Part shown: in pieces, positions 8,047 to 18,101 of the stretch
How positions within the stretch are numbered: the stretch's first letter is position 1
Layout of the letters: the number at the start of each line of letters is the position of its first letter
DNA from: Candidatus Micrarchaeota archaeon
GTDB lineage: Archaea; B1Sed10-29
DNA: 25,796 nucleotides
NCBI GenBank assembly: GCA_964388265.1
Contig: CAYLXZ010000010.1
Coordinates: forward strand, 1 to 25,796
Reading direction: 5' to 3'
Made by a program: the position numbers and the translations under genes
Notes under the pieces: generated by a model
What the model saw: only the letters and a program-made list of their open reading frames with translations
The model's database searches: none
What the model was told of the DNA's origin: nothing

Positions 8047-9530
8047 ATGAATGCTTCGGCGTCTTTTTCTTGTTTTTCTTTGTTTTCTTCGAATCTCCTG
8101 GCTTGTTCTTCTAGGTTTTCTCCTAGTCCGATTTCGCTTGATTTCCTTTCCCTTATCTTTGCGAACACTGGGTTGCTTACTGCTTCTCCTACTATCAGGG
8201 ATTCTCCTACTCTAAGTGTGGTTAGTGATTCTAGTGAGTCTTGGTCTATTCCTTCACTTGTTTTGCTGATGTGATCTAGGTCGTGTGGGTTGGTTATTCT
8301 CATTATTATCTGGGTGTTGCATTGGCTGAGTGCTGTTGTGGATAGCTGCATTGGTCTTTGGCTTACTAGGCAGAGTGAGGCTCCGAACTTCCTTCCTTCT
8401 CTGGATATTGTTTCTATTATGTCTTTTGCTATTGCTTCTTCAGATTCTGCTCCTTCTTTGACGAAGTTATGTGCTTCTTCTACGAATAAGATGAATGGCG
8501 GTACATCTGTTTTTCTTCTTTTCTGGAATAGTCTTTCTGCGATGTAGGCTGTTAGCATTCTTCTTTCCTTCTGGCTAACCATTCTGCTTAAGTCTAAGAT
8601 GGTTAGTTCTCCTGGTGTGATTAATTGATCTATGCTTGATCCTGTTTCTGCGAATAAATCGCTTTCCAGGTTACGTAGCCATGCTACCAGCGCGTTCTGT
8701 AGTTTTTCATTCATTTCTTTGTCTTTCAGTATTTCTTCAACTATGTCTTCTATTCCGTATGGTCCTTCTCTCTGTCTGAGTGTGGTTATCGCGTTGTGTA
8801 GTTCTCTTTTTTGTGGTCTGCTCATTCCTGGTAGGAATACTGCGAAGTCTGATACGTTTAGTGATGATACTGGGATCTTGAAGTTCTTTCCGTCTATTTT
8901 GTTGGTTTTGGATCTGTATTTCTCGGATTCTGCGAAGCTCTTGTATTCTCCGTGTACGTCCATGACTATTGATGCTGGTCTTCCTTCTTCTCTTTCTCTA
9001 TCCAGCAGTTCTTCTATTAGTACAGATACTGTGTGGGTTTTTCCTGCTCCTGTTTGCGCTAGTACTGCTAGGTGTTTTTGGAATAGGTCGGTTAGGCTTA
9101 GTTTGGTTTCTATGTCATGGTGTTGTATTTTCCCTATGTTTAGTCCTTTTTCTTTGAATCCTAGGAAGTGTTTTAGTTCCTGTGGTTCTGGTTCTTTTAT
9201 CTCTGTGCCTGGTGATGGTGGCTGAGTGGGTCTTTTTATTAGTCCTTGTTGTTTGACTCCGAGTGCTTTTGCTTCTGCTACTGTGTATTCCCATTCTTCT
9301 GTTGGAAATTTTTCATCTAGCTTTGATCCGGTTCTTTCGATTTGGTGCATGGATTCTGGTTGATCGAAGTATTTGTTGGTTTTATGTAGGTCTTTTACCA
9401 TCGCGATGACTTTTCCTTGTGTTGATTGGTAGGATATGTATTGGTTTTTATCTGTGTCTTCTTTGTTGGCTAGGAAGTGTATCTCTGTGGGTGTTGGGGT
9501 TTCTTTGGTCGCGGTTATTCTTCCTATCAT
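8043..9530 (-). CDS. herA: HerA DNA translocase/helicase
   Basis: N-terminal HAS-barrel-like region, HLAVLAQTGAGKT, DVHGEY, VEEAHNF, REGRKFG, SQRP; adjacent to nurA. Confidence 0.93.
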   Translation of the reverse strand: MIGRITATKETPTPTEIHFLANKEDTDKNQYISYQSTQGKVIAMVKDLHKTNKYFDQPESMHQIERTGSKLDEKFPTEEWEYTVAEAKALGVKQQGLIKRPTQPPSPGTEIKEPEPQELKHFLGFKEKGLNIGKIQHHDIETKLSLTDLFQKHLAVLAQTGAGKTHTVSVLIEELLDREREEGRPASIVMDVHGEYKSFAESEKYRSKTNKIDGKNFKIPVSSLNVSDFAVFLPGMSRPQKRELHNAITTLRQREGPYGIEDIVEEILKDKEMNEKLQNALVAWLRNLESDLFAETGSSIDQLITPGELTILDLSRMVSQKERRMLTAYIAERLFQKRRKTDVPPFILFVEEAHNFVKEGAESEEAIAKDIIETISREGRKFGASLCLVSQRPMQLSTTALSQCNTQIIMRITNPHDLDHISKTSEGIDQDSLESLTTLRVGESLIVGEAVSNPVFAKIRERKSSEIGLGENLEEQARRFEENKEKQEKDAEAFM

Positions 9531-9562
9531 CTGTTTTCCTCCTGTTTATCTTTCTTGTTTTT

Positions 9563-10549
9563 CTACTTGAAGGGTCTTTTGTCTCTTCTTTCCTTCATCA
9601 TGAAGGGTTCTTCCCCTACGTATGTCTTTACTTCTTCTATGACTGAATCTGCTTCTTTTTCACTTATCTTTGCGTGTAAGTCGGCTTCTATTAGTGGTGC
9701 TGGATAGCTGTAGTCGCTTGATATCTTTGATAAAGACCCAAGTAAATCTATCATGTCACTTAAGTTTTTTTCTCCTTCTAGGTACTCTATTCTTAGTGGC
9801 TTGTCGTTTTTAACTAGCTTGAGGTAAACTACTTTTATCGCGTTTCTTATGTCGGGTGGTAGGTCCCTTAGTACTGGGTGGTTCCCGGGTTCGTCGGAGT
9901 AGTTGAACTTCTTGGTTCTTTCATCTTCCTCCAGAACGTAGTGCATGAGTATGGAGTCTAGTTTATCTTCTCCGTGTTTCTTGGCTATCTTCCTGGATTT
10001 ACTGTCCTCCACTACCCCTATGACCTGTGTTCCCTTATTTCTAGCTGTTTTAAATAACTTTTTATATTTCTCTATGAGTTCTTGGTATTTTTCTCTTTCT
10101 TTCTGGTTTTCTTCTTTTGGCTTGTCGCTTGGGTTTGGTACTATGGATCCGTCTAGTAGCAAGTAATCCGTAGGGTTATTTTCCAGTGACTCGCGGGCTG
10201 TTTCTATTTCTTTAATCGCTCTTAGTAGATTCGGTATCTTGTTTGATCTCTTTGGATCGATCGAGCTTACTTCTAGATCAGGTGAAGGGTTGGGGTAGTA
10301 GCTGTGATCTACTAGTCTTCCTTTCTTGTACTTCATGTTTGCTGCGCAGGCTCTTGTAACAACTATGCCAGTGCCCTGAAGATCCTGAGCTATAAGCCCC
10401 CCGTCCACTCCGGTCACGGTTCCGGTGAAGGAATCAATTTTGATTTCTCTTGCTATTTCTTCTTGTTCTCTTATCTTTCTGGCTTTTTCCTGAGTTCTCT
10501 GAGCCTGTTTCTTTATTTCTTGGGATAGGTTCTTTATCTCTTGCTCCAT
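9563..10549 (-). CDS. nurA: NurA 5'-3' nuclease
   Basis: GVDGG, LLDGS, GVVEDS, YPAPLIEAD; upstream of herA. Confidence 0.9.
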   Translation of the reverse strand: MEQEIKNLSQEIKKQAQRTQEKARKIREQEEIAREIKIDSFTGTVTGVDGGLIAQDLQGTGIVVTRACAANMKYKKGRLVDHSYYPNPSPDLEVSSIDPKRSNKIPNLLRAIKEIETARESLENNPTDYLLLDGSIVPNPSDKPKEENQKEREKYQELIEKYKKLFKTARNKGTQVIGVVEDSKSRKIAKKHGEDKLDSILMHYVLEEDERTKKFNYSDEPGNHPVLRDLPPDIRNAIKVVYLKLVKNDKPLRIEYLEGEKNLSDMIDLLGSLSKISSDYSYPAPLIEADLHAKISEKEADSVIEEVKTYVGEEPFMMKERRDKRPFK

Positions 10550-10607
10550 GTGTTAATTTGGTGCTGGAGGAATAAATCCTTTATTCCAGTGTGAGGGAAA
10601 GGTATAC

Positions 10608-11312
10608 ATGAAGTTCGTGTATAATGAACCAGCCGTGGTTTCAGGCGATAAACTAGTCATAGGAGACCTACATATAGGCTTGGAGTCCGAGTTAAGCAGA
10701 AGCGGAGTTAATGCTCCTAATCAGACCCAGGAGATGATGGATAGGGTCAGTAAGATGCTTTTCCAGAATAACTGCAGTGAATTAATCATCCTAGGTGACC
10801 TGAAACACGGAATACCCTGGGCAGAATGGGAAGAGAAGGAAAGCCTTAGAGACTTCGTTGAGGAGATGAAACGTAAAGCAGATCTAACAATAGTTAAAGG
10901 AAATCACGATGCCTCGATAGAAGAATACATCAACACAGAGGTAGCTGGTCCACATGGATATCGAAACGGAGACGAGTACTTTCTACATGGCCACGCGGAG
11001 CCCAGAGAGGAAGCATTCGAATGTAAGAAGATATATATGAGCCACCTACATGCTGTCTTGAAGTTGACAGACTCTCTTGGTAAGACAACCAGCCAGAAAA
11101 TATGGCTAACCGGAGAAACAGAGAAAGAAAGAGAGAAAGCAGAGTTAGTCATAGTACCCTCATTTAATAGATTGATATCCGGTCAAGATGTTAGAGAGAG
11201 TTTCATCGGGCCGATGAAGAAGTACCTAGACCCAGGTGAATTGAAAGCGCATTTACTGGACGGAACGGATCTAGGGAAACTCAGAGAACTGCCAAGGAAA
11301 AACTCCTCATAA
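10608..11312 (+). CDS. Calcineurin-like metallophosphoesterase (COG1407-like)
   Basis: GDLHIG, GDLKH, GNHD, HGH, HLH, VPSFN. Confidence 0.88.
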   Translation: MKFVYNEPAVVSGDKLVIGDLHIGLESELSRSGVNAPNQTQEMMDRVSKMLFQNNCSELIILGDLKHGIPWAEWEEKESLRDFVEEMKRKADLTIVKGNHDASIEEYINTEVAGPHGYRNGDEYFLHGHAEPREEAFECKKIYMSHLHAVLKLTDSLGKTTSQKIWLTGETEKEREKAELVIVPSFNRLISGQDVRESFIGPMKKYLDPGELKAHLLDGTDLGKLRELPRKNSS

Positions 11313-11338
11313 CAATTATATACCCAGAAACCGTTATT

Positions 11339-11695
11339 ATGAACATGTTCAAGCAAGTTATATTAATGCGTAAAGACCTGGAGATGACCAAGGGAAAACT
11401 AGCAGCACAAGCATGTCACGCTTCACTAGGAGCATACAGAGAAGCAATAGATCTCTATCCCTCTAAAACCAAGGAATGGCTAGGAGAAGGAGGAAAAAAG
11501 ATAATACTATGGGTAGAGGACAAAGCACATCTAGCGAAGCTAGATAAAGAGATACCGGACAAGATACCGAAACAAGGGGTCGTTGACGTAGGACACACAG
11601 AGATAGAGCCAGGTACAAAAACCTGTATAGCCCTGGGACCATGGGAAGAAGAAAAACTAGATAGATACACCGGAGACCTAGAAACAGTTAAATAA
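11339..11695 (+). CDS. pth2: Peptidyl-tRNA hydrolase Pth2
   Basis: KQVI.MRKDL.M.KGKLAAQACHA, DVGHTEI.PGTKT..ALGP. Confidence 0.95.
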   Translation: MNMFKQVILMRKDLEMTKGKLAAQACHASLGAYREAIDLYPSKTKEWLGEGGKKIILWVEDKAHLAKLDKEIPDKIPKQGVVDVGHTEIEPGTKTCIALGPWEEEKLDRYTGDLETVK

Positions 11696-11710
11696 TCAAA
11701 AAGGATTAAA

Positions 11711-12064
11711 ATGACTCAGAATTACAAAAGAGGATATCAGTTCGAATACAAGACCAAACAGATATTTGAAGACCACGGATGGACAGCCACACGTTCACCA
11801 GCATCACAATCACCAGCAGACCTATACGTAATGGGAAAAAACGAAAACATGCTAGTCCAATGCAAGACCACGAAGAAAGATAAACTATACATATACGAAC
11901 TAGGAGACCTAATATCCAAAGCACAAGAAACCGGAGCAAAACCACTCCTAGTATACTCATTAAGATACACACCACCATACGTCAAAGAAATAAAGAAAGA
12001 AAAAGAGAAACTAAAGAGGGACGAAGACCATAAAGAATTAAAAGAATACCTAAAGGAAAAATAA
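11711..12064 (+). CDS. hjc: Holliday junction resolvase Hjc-like nuclease
   Basis: YKRG..FE, RSPAS, ADL, VQCK motifs. Confidence 0.8.
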   Translation: MTQNYKRGYQFEYKTKQIFEDHGWTATRSPASQSPADLYVMGKNENMLVQCKTTKKDKLYIYELGDLISKAQETGAKPLLVYSLRYTPPYVKEIKKEKEKLKRDEDHKELKEYLKEK

Positions 12065-12087
12065 ATCCACCCAAAGGAGGTTAAAAA

Positions 12088-12633
12088 ATGGGAGTAGGCA
12101 TCACCCTAGAAGAAATAATGAAGAAAGCAGTAGTAACCGTGAAACCAAGCGACTCAATCCAGAAAGTCGCAGACACAATGGCAAAAACCGGAATAGGCGG
12201 AGTAATAGCAACAGAACACAGCAAGATAAAAGGAATAGTCACAGAAGGAGACATAATCTCAGAAGTAGTCGCAGAACAAGAAAACTTCAAAGAAAAAACA
12301 GTTGAACAAGTAATGAAGACACCAGTCAAGACAGCTAAGAAACACACCGACGTGGAAGAAGCCCTAAAAATAATGAGAGACCTAGACATAGAAAGACTGC
12401 CAATAGAAGAAAACGGAGAACTCGTAGGAATAGTCACAGAAAGAGACCTAGTAAGAGTAGAACCAGCACTAATAGAGATGGCAAGAGAAAAACAAGCCGT
12501 GACAAACAGGCCAGAAATAGAAAAAGAAGTAGAAGTAACGGGAAAATGCGAAGAATGCGGAAACATATCAAACCACCTAAGAAGAATGGAAGGCAAGCTA
12601 CTCTGCCCAGAATGCAGAGACCTAGAACTATAA
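12088..12633 (+). CDS. CBS-pair protein with C-terminal zinc ribbon
   Basis: GIVTEGD and GIVTERD; GKCEEC...LCPEC. Confidence 0.9.
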   Translation: MGVGITLEEIMKKAVVTVKPSDSIQKVADTMAKTGIGGVIATEHSKIKGIVTEGDIISEVVAEQENFKEKTVEQVMKTPVKTAKKHTDVEEALKIMRDLDIERLPIEENGELVGIVTERDLVRVEPALIEMAREKQAVTNRPEIEKEVEVTGKCEECGNISNHLRRMEGKLLCPECRDLEL

Positions 12634-12643
12634 AGGGATCAAA

Positions 12644-13552
12644 ATGAAAAGAACAGCAGAAAGAACCAGAAAAAGATTCAACATCCCAAAAAAAGGATCA
12701 AGAAGAAAAGACACGGAGAAACACGAAACCAAGCCAGAGCTAGAGTACGTTATGGACAAAACAACTCCAATAACAGAGACAACCACAGTCAAGAAAACAG
12801 CTGAAAAAATGCTGGAAGAAAGAGAAAAAAGACTTCCAGTAACCGACCCAGGAACACAGAGACTAAAAGGAGACATAAAAGCACTGGATATCCTGGACCT
12901 ATTCGGAGGAGGAGTAAAGAGCAACATAATAGAACAAAAATTCAAAGGAAACATACCAGAAGCCCTGAATCTACAGATAAAGAAGATAATGAACCAAGAC
13001 CCCGAATCAATAGATTTAAAGACAAAACTCGAAGAATCAATAAAGAAACTGGTAGAAACCCATACCGACACGCTACACGTAACCCAAGAAAATAAGATAG
13101 TAGGAGAACTCACGGAAGAAAAAATAGTGGATATCCTAGCTAGCGTAGAAGGAGAAAAGAAAGTAGAAAAAGCAATGACATTCAACCCAGTGACCGCAGG
13201 ACCAGGATACAAAGTAGCGGACGCATGCAAAGTAATGGTAAGAAACAACTTCAACCGACTGCCAGTAGTATCAGAACACGAACTAAAAGGAATAGTAACT
13301 TACGCGGACCTACTAAAATACTTCTCCAAAGAAATGTTCACACTAAGCAACGCCACCATGGAACACGAAGCATTCAACGTAATCATAGAGAACATAATGA
13401 CACGTGAACCAGTTACAATATCCGTGAACGCAACTCTAGATGAAGCAGGTGAAAAAATGAAGGAAACAGGCCACGGAGGAATACCTGTGACCGAAGGAAA
13501 TCAAATTATAGGTATAATAACGAGAAGAGATATAATAAAGGTGATAAAATGA
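12644..13552 (+). CDS. Four-CBS-domain protein
   Basis: RLPV, GIVTYAD and GIITRRD CBS motifs. Confidence 0.88.
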   Translation: MKRTAERTRKRFNIPKKGSRRKDTEKHETKPELEYVMDKTTPITETTTVKKTAEKMLEEREKRLPVTDPGTQRLKGDIKALDILDLFGGGVKSNIIEQKFKGNIPEALNLQIKKIMNQDPESIDLKTKLEESIKKLVETHTDTLHVTQENKIVGELTEEKIVDILASVEGEKKVEKAMTFNPVTAGPGYKVADACKVMVRNNFNRLPVVSEHELKGIVTYADLLKYFSKEMFTLSNATMEHEAFNVIIENIMTREPVTISVNATLDEAGEKMKETGHGGIPVTEGNQIIGIITRRDIIKVIK

Positions 13553-14379
13553 ATTCAAATATAGAAGTAAAAGATATAATGACACGGGAAGTGCCTGTAG
13601 TATCCGAAGAAGACCCAGTAGCAAGGATAAGAAACATATTCCTAAACAAAAACATCTCAAGCATACTCGTATACGAAGACGAGCCAAAAGGAATAATAAC
13701 AAAAGGAGACATATCCAGAGCATTCGTAGAAGAAAGAAGAGGAATAGACGAAGTAAGAGTAAGAGAAATAATGACAAGATCCCTAGTAAAAACAGAAATG
13801 GAAGAAGAACCAGAGAAAGCAGCAAAAAAGATAATAGAACACAACATCTCATCACTACCAGTAATAGAGGATAAAGAAGTGAAAGGGATACTTACAAAGA
13901 ACGATCTAACCAGATACTACGCCAACCACTTCAGAGGAAAGAACCAAGTAAAGGATCTGATGACAGAAGACGTGGAAACAGTTCAAGAAAACCAGTCAAT
14001 ATTCCACGTAGCCAAAGAGATGAACGAGAAAAACATATCAAGACTAGTAGTCATAAGAAGCAAAGAACCAATAGGAATAATCACAGAGAAAGACATAACC
14101 CTAGCAACCCAAGGACTACACCCAAGCTCCATAAGCTATCAATCAACCGACGAAGAAGGACAGACACACAAAAGAAAAACAATGTACCCAATGATAGCAT
14201 CCGACATAATGCAAGAGAACCTGAAAACAACGGAGAAAAAAGAAGATAGCTCCAAAGCAGGAGAAAAAATGCTGGAACAAGAGATCGGGAGCCTAGTAGT
14301 AATAGAAAACAAAAGGCTGGAAGGAATAATAACGAAGACCGACTTCGTGAAACACCTAGCACAGAAAGATAAGGATTAA
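13549..14379 (+). CDS. Four-CBS-domain protein
   Basis: GIITKGD, GILTKND, GIITEKD, GIITKTD. Confidence 0.9.
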   Translation: MNSNIEVKDIMTREVPVVSEEDPVARIRNIFLNKNISSILVYEDEPKGIITKGDISRAFVEERRGIDEVRVREIMTRSLVKTEMEEEPEKAAKKIIEHNISSLPVIEDKEVKGILTKNDLTRYYANHFRGKNQVKDLMTEDVETVQENQSIFHVAKEMNEKNISRLVVIRSKEPIGIITEKDITLATQGLHPSSISYQSTDEEGQTHKRKTMYPMIASDIMQENLKTTEKKEDSSKAGEKMLEQEIGSLVVIENKRLEGIITKTDFVKHLAQKDKD

Positions 14380-14563
14380 AAAGAACGGGTTTCAAAAATT
14401 ATACACATTAAAGGTTATTCCCTCACGGTTTGATCAAAAGAATCACACCAGTCACCCGTCACCAATAAAGCTCATCATCCAAAGGAAGAAAGAAGCAGTA
14501 GAAGTAACAGCTCTTTTTGATCAAACTAAAGAGGAGAGCGTCAAATATCACCAGTGACCAATA

Positions 14564-14938
14564 ATGAAGTTCAAAGAACTGAAAAACACATTAGAAGAAC
14601 TCAAGAAAGACAAAAGAAAGAAACTAGTAGAAGGAAAAAGAGACAAAGAAGCACTAGAAGAATTCCAAGTCACAGAGATACAAAAGATAAACAAGCCACT
14701 GAGACAAGTAACATCAAACACAGAAGAAAAAGAAGTGATAATCCTAACAGACTACGATGAAACAGGTAAAAAACTCTCAAGCGAGTTAATAGACCTATAC
14801 AGAGCAGAAGGAATAAAAACAGACCTCTCCTACAAAAAGAAACTTGGAAAACTAAAGGGAATATCCGAAATAGAAGAAATACCCTCAAAGTACCGGGAAC
14901 TAAAGACCCGAGAAAAGAAAAAACAAAAATCAAGGTGA
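14564..14938 (+). CDS. Small toprim-domain protein (COG1658/RNase M5-like)
   Basis: LVEGKRD, LTDYDETG; upstream of dnaG. Confidence 0.85.
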   Translation: MKFKELKNTLEELKKDKRKKLVEGKRDKEALEEFQVTEIQKINKPLRQVTSNTEEKEVIILTDYDETGKKLSSELIDLYRAEGIKTDLSYKKKLGKLKGISEIEEIPSKYRELKTREKKKQKSR

Positions 14939-14943
14939 TAATA

Positions 14944-16086
14944 ATGGGAAAAACATACATAGACACGATAAAATACGTTATAAAAGCAAAGATAGAGACA
15001 GACGGAATAGTTGAAAAACCCGACGTAGTCGGAGCAATATTCGGACAGACAGAAGGATTACTAGGAGAAGAACTAGATCTAAGAGAACTTCAAAAAAGCG
15101 GAAGAATAGGGAGAATAGAAGTAGACATAGAAACCAAGTCAGGAAAATCAGTAGGATCAATAACAATACCATCAAGCCTAGACGCAGATAAAACAAGCGC
15201 ACTAGCAGCAGCATTAGAACAAATAGAAAGAGTAGGACCATCAAAAGCCGAGATAGAAATACAGGAAATAAAAGACACCAGATCAAACAAAAGAGAAAAC
15301 GTCATAGAAAGAGCAAAAGAACTAAGAAACTCACTAATGAAAGAATCAAGACCAGAATCCAAAGAAATAAGCAAAGCAATAAGAGAAGGAGTAAGACAAG
15401 CAGAAATACAAGAATACGGAGAAGACAACCTAGCAGCAGGACCAAAAATCGAAGAAAGCGATGAAATAATAGTAGTAGAAGGAAGAGCAGACGTAATAAC
15501 CCTCCTAAAATCAAACCTAAAAAACGTGATCTGCCTACACGGAAAGAAAGTACCAGAAACCATTAAAGAACTAAGCAAAAGAAAAACAGTAACCCTATTC
15601 GTAGACGGAGACAGAGGAGGAGACCTAGTAGTAAAACAACTTCAAAACGAAGGCCACGTAGACTACGTAGCAAAAGCACCAGCAGGAAAAGAAGTAGAAG
15701 AACTAACACAGAAAGAAATACTCAAAAGCCTAAGAAAGAAAAAGACACTGGACGAATACCAAGGAGAAACAACCAGCAAGAAACAAAAAAAGAAAACCAA
15801 GAAGAAAAGAGAAGGAAAGAGCTTCGGAGAAGTAATGGAAAACCTAAAAGGAGAATTAAAAGGAGTTCTAATGGATAAAAACGATGAAATAATGGCAAAA
15901 ACAGAAGTAAAAGACCTAGCAGAAGAAATGAAGAAACACCAAGACATCAAAGCAGTAGTATTCGACGGGATAATAACCCAGAAACTAGTGGACACAGCCA
16001 ACAAACAGAACATAAACTACCTAGTAGGAACAAAGAAAGGAAAAGTAAAAGACAGCAAAGGAGTAAAACTCCTTATAAGAAACTAA
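14944..16086 (+). CDS. dnaG: Archaeal DnaG (bacterial-type primase / exosome-associated)
   Basis: EKPDVVGAIFGQTEGLLG, VVEGRADV, DGDRGG, DGIITQ; GGTGA SD favours ATG 14944. Confidence 0.96.
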   Translation: MGKTYIDTIKYVIKAKIETDGIVEKPDVVGAIFGQTEGLLGEELDLRELQKSGRIGRIEVDIETKSGKSVGSITIPSSLDADKTSALAAALEQIERVGPSKAEIEIQEIKDTRSNKRENVIERAKELRNSLMKESRPESKEISKAIREGVRQAEIQEYGEDNLAAGPKIEESDEIIVVEGRADVITLLKSNLKNVICLHGKKVPETIKELSKRKTVTLFVDGDRGGDLVVKQLQNEGHVDYVAKAPAGKEVEELTQKEILKSLRKKKTLDEYQGETTSKKQKKKTKKKREGKSFGEVMENLKGELKGVLMDKNDEIMAKTEVKDLAEEMKKHQDIKAVVFDGIITQKLVDTANKQNINYLVGTKKGKVKDSKGVKLLIRN

Positions 16087-16589
16087 CTATGTTCCTTGCC
16101 CTGGTGAATATGGAGCCCACGCTCTGAATCGAACTCCTTACCACATTCAGGGCACGCGTACTTTCCTTTAACTTTTTTATATCTTTCTCTACCAGGAGAA
16201 ACCTCTTCAGATTCTTCTTTACTGGGTTTCTCTTCTTCACTTATCTTCTTCAGTTTCTCTCTAATAGGTAGAGTTATTCCTCCTGATTTATATATCACTG
16301 TTCCAAGAGCCACTACTGCAGCCCAGAACATGACTCTAGCAAGCGGTAAAAGCACTAAACCTGCTTTAGCTCCCGCGTCAAGGTTTCCAAGAGTCTCCTG
16401 CATCGTTAAACCATAGAAATTCAGGGTAACCGATTGTCCTGCAGGGCCACCCATGACTGAAGCTATGGACATCAACTGATAGATATCGCTAAGAAGCATT
16501 AAAGCCGATCCTAGGACTACAAAAGCACCTATTAACTTCACGAGATGAAGTTTCCTTGAACCGATTCGAAGCATGATTTTCTCTTCCAT
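16083..16589 (-). CDS. Membrane protein with C-terminal C2H2 zinc finger
   Basis: Two hydrophobic segments; YACPECGKEFDSERGLHIHQGKEH. Confidence 0.8.
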   Translation of the reverse strand: MEEKIMLRIGSRKLHLVKLIGAFVVLGSALMLLSDIYQLMSIASVMGGPAGQSVTLNFYGLTMQETLGNLDAGAKAGLVLLPLARVMFWAAVVALGTVIYKSGGITLPIREKLKKISEEEKPSKEESEEVSPGRERYKKVKGKYACPECGKEFDSERGLHIHQGKEHS

Positions 16590-16665
16590 TAAAACACCTC
16601 ACACTAAACCTGTTTCCATCAATATTAAAAACATTCGCCTATATAAAACCCTTGAAGATCATTCT

Positions 16666-16739
16666 GGGTCCGTAGTCCAGTGGTTTAAGACGCTACCCTT
16701 ACAAGGTAGAGATCGGTGGTTCAAATCCGCCCGGACCCA
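16666..16739 (+). tRNA. tRNA-Val(TAC)
   Basis: GGGTCCG/CGGACCC, CTACC-CT-TAC-AA-GGTAG, TTCAAAT; TATA-like TATATAAAA at 16640-16648. Confidence 0.96.
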
Positions 16740-16744
16740 TAACA

Positions 16745-16815
16745 GCGCCGGTGATCCAGTGGTAAGATACGAGATTGCCATTCTCGTAACACGGGTTCGA
16801 ATCCCGTCCGGCGCA
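16745..16815 (+). tRNA. tRNA-Gly(GCC)
   Basis: GCGCCGG/CCGGCGC, CGAGA-TT-GCC-AT-TCTCG, TTCGAAT. Confidence 0.96.
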
Positions 16816-16831
16816 CTGGAAAACGATTAAA

Positions 16832-18100
16832 ATGATTCCAATAGACACAATAAGAAACGAGCCAGATAAAATAAAGGAAAACCTGGAGAAAAGAGGATTA
16901 GATTTCCCTCTAGACGAACTTAGAGAACTAGATAAAAAATGGAGAAAAAAGAAGAAAAAACTCAATCAACTCAGGCATGAGAAAAACGAAGCAGAGGAAA
17001 AAATAAGAGAGAAAAAGAAAGAAGGAAAGAAAGCAAAGAAACAGATAAAGCAGATGAAGAAGAAAAAGAAGAAACTGGAGAAACTGGAAAAAGAAACAGA
17101 AGAACTGGAAACAGAGAGAAAAGAGCTCTGGATGAATCTACCAAATCTATTGGACGAGGACGTGCCGGAAGGAGAAGACGAATCCGACAACGAGGAACTA
17201 AGAAAAGAAGGAGAACCACCTGAATTCAGTTTCGAACCAAAGACCCATTTAGAGCTCGGAGAAGAACTAGATTTAATGGATAGGAAAGCAAGTGAAGTAG
17301 CTGGAGAAGGTTTCTACTATCTGAAAAAAGACCTAGCTCAACTGGATTATGCATTGCAGATGTATACAGTGGATAAACTACTTGACAAAGACTACAGTTT
17401 AATAGAACCTCCGTTGATGATGAGGGAAGAAATATACAAGGAAGCAACGAATGTGGATAAATTCAAAGAAGACATGTACGGGGTTAAAGACACGGATAAA
17501 TACTTAATCGGCACCTCAGAGCACCCTATAGTCGCGATGCATAGAGGAGATGTATTCAGTAAAGACGAGCTTCCAAAGAAATACATAGGGATAAGCCCCT
17601 GCTTCAGGAAAGAAGCCGGAACACATGGAAAATACAGAAAAGGACTCTACAGAATGCATCAGTTCAATAAGATCGAGATGGTAATATTCTGCAAGCCAGA
17701 AAAATCATCAAAATACCTCTCAGAGCTACAGCAGAACACGGAAGAAATATATCAAGATCTAAATCTACCTTACAGAGTTGTCAAAGCATGTGGTGGGGAC
17801 ACCTCAAAGACCCAGGCAAAGACCCTGGACACCGAGCTATGGATGGCTGACGGAGAATACAGAGAAGCAGGATCAAACAGCAAGACAAAAGCCTATCAAT
17901 CAAGAAGACTCAACATAAAATACGAGAAAGAGAAATACGGAGAAAGAGAATACGTTCACACCCTTAACAGCACGGCTGTAGCTACAAGTAGGACAATGCT
18001 CAGCCTCATGGAAACACATCAAACTCAAGACGGAGAGATAAGGATACCTAAAGTGCTTCAACCCTACATGAACTGCAAGGAAAAAATAAAGAAAGATTAA
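16832..18100 (+). CDS. serS: Serine--tRNA ligase
   Basis: N-terminal coiled coil, GTSE, FRKEAG...YRMHQFNKIE, HTLNSTAVATSR. Confidence 0.96.
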   Translation: MIPIDTIRNEPDKIKENLEKRGLDFPLDELRELDKKWRKKKKKLNQLRHEKNEAEEKIREKKKEGKKAKKQIKQMKKKKKKLEKLEKETEELETERKELWMNLPNLLDEDVPEGEDESDNEELRKEGEPPEFSFEPKTHLELGEELDLMDRKASEVAGEGFYYLKKDLAQLDYALQMYTVDKLLDKDYSLIEPPLMMREEIYKEATNVDKFKEDMYGVKDTDKYLIGTSEHPIVAMHRGDVFSKDELPKKYIGISPCFRKEAGTHGKYRKGLYRMHQFNKIEMVIFCKPEKSSKYLSELQQNTEEIYQDLNLPYRVVKACGGDTSKTQAKTLDTELWMADGEYREAGSNSKTKAYQSRRLNIKYEKEKYGEREYVHTLNSTAVATSRTMLSLMETHQTQDGEIRIPKVLQPYMNCKEKIKKD

Positions 18101-18101
18101 C

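Noticed and set aside
9563..9720. NurA inactivation (EAD where some NurAs have His)
   Set aside because: The main acidic motifs are intact and this position varies in the family
14440..14480. Definite C/D box sRNA call
   Set aside because: A box C is present, but there are no CTGA D boxes at canonical spacing; kept only as a possibility in the findings
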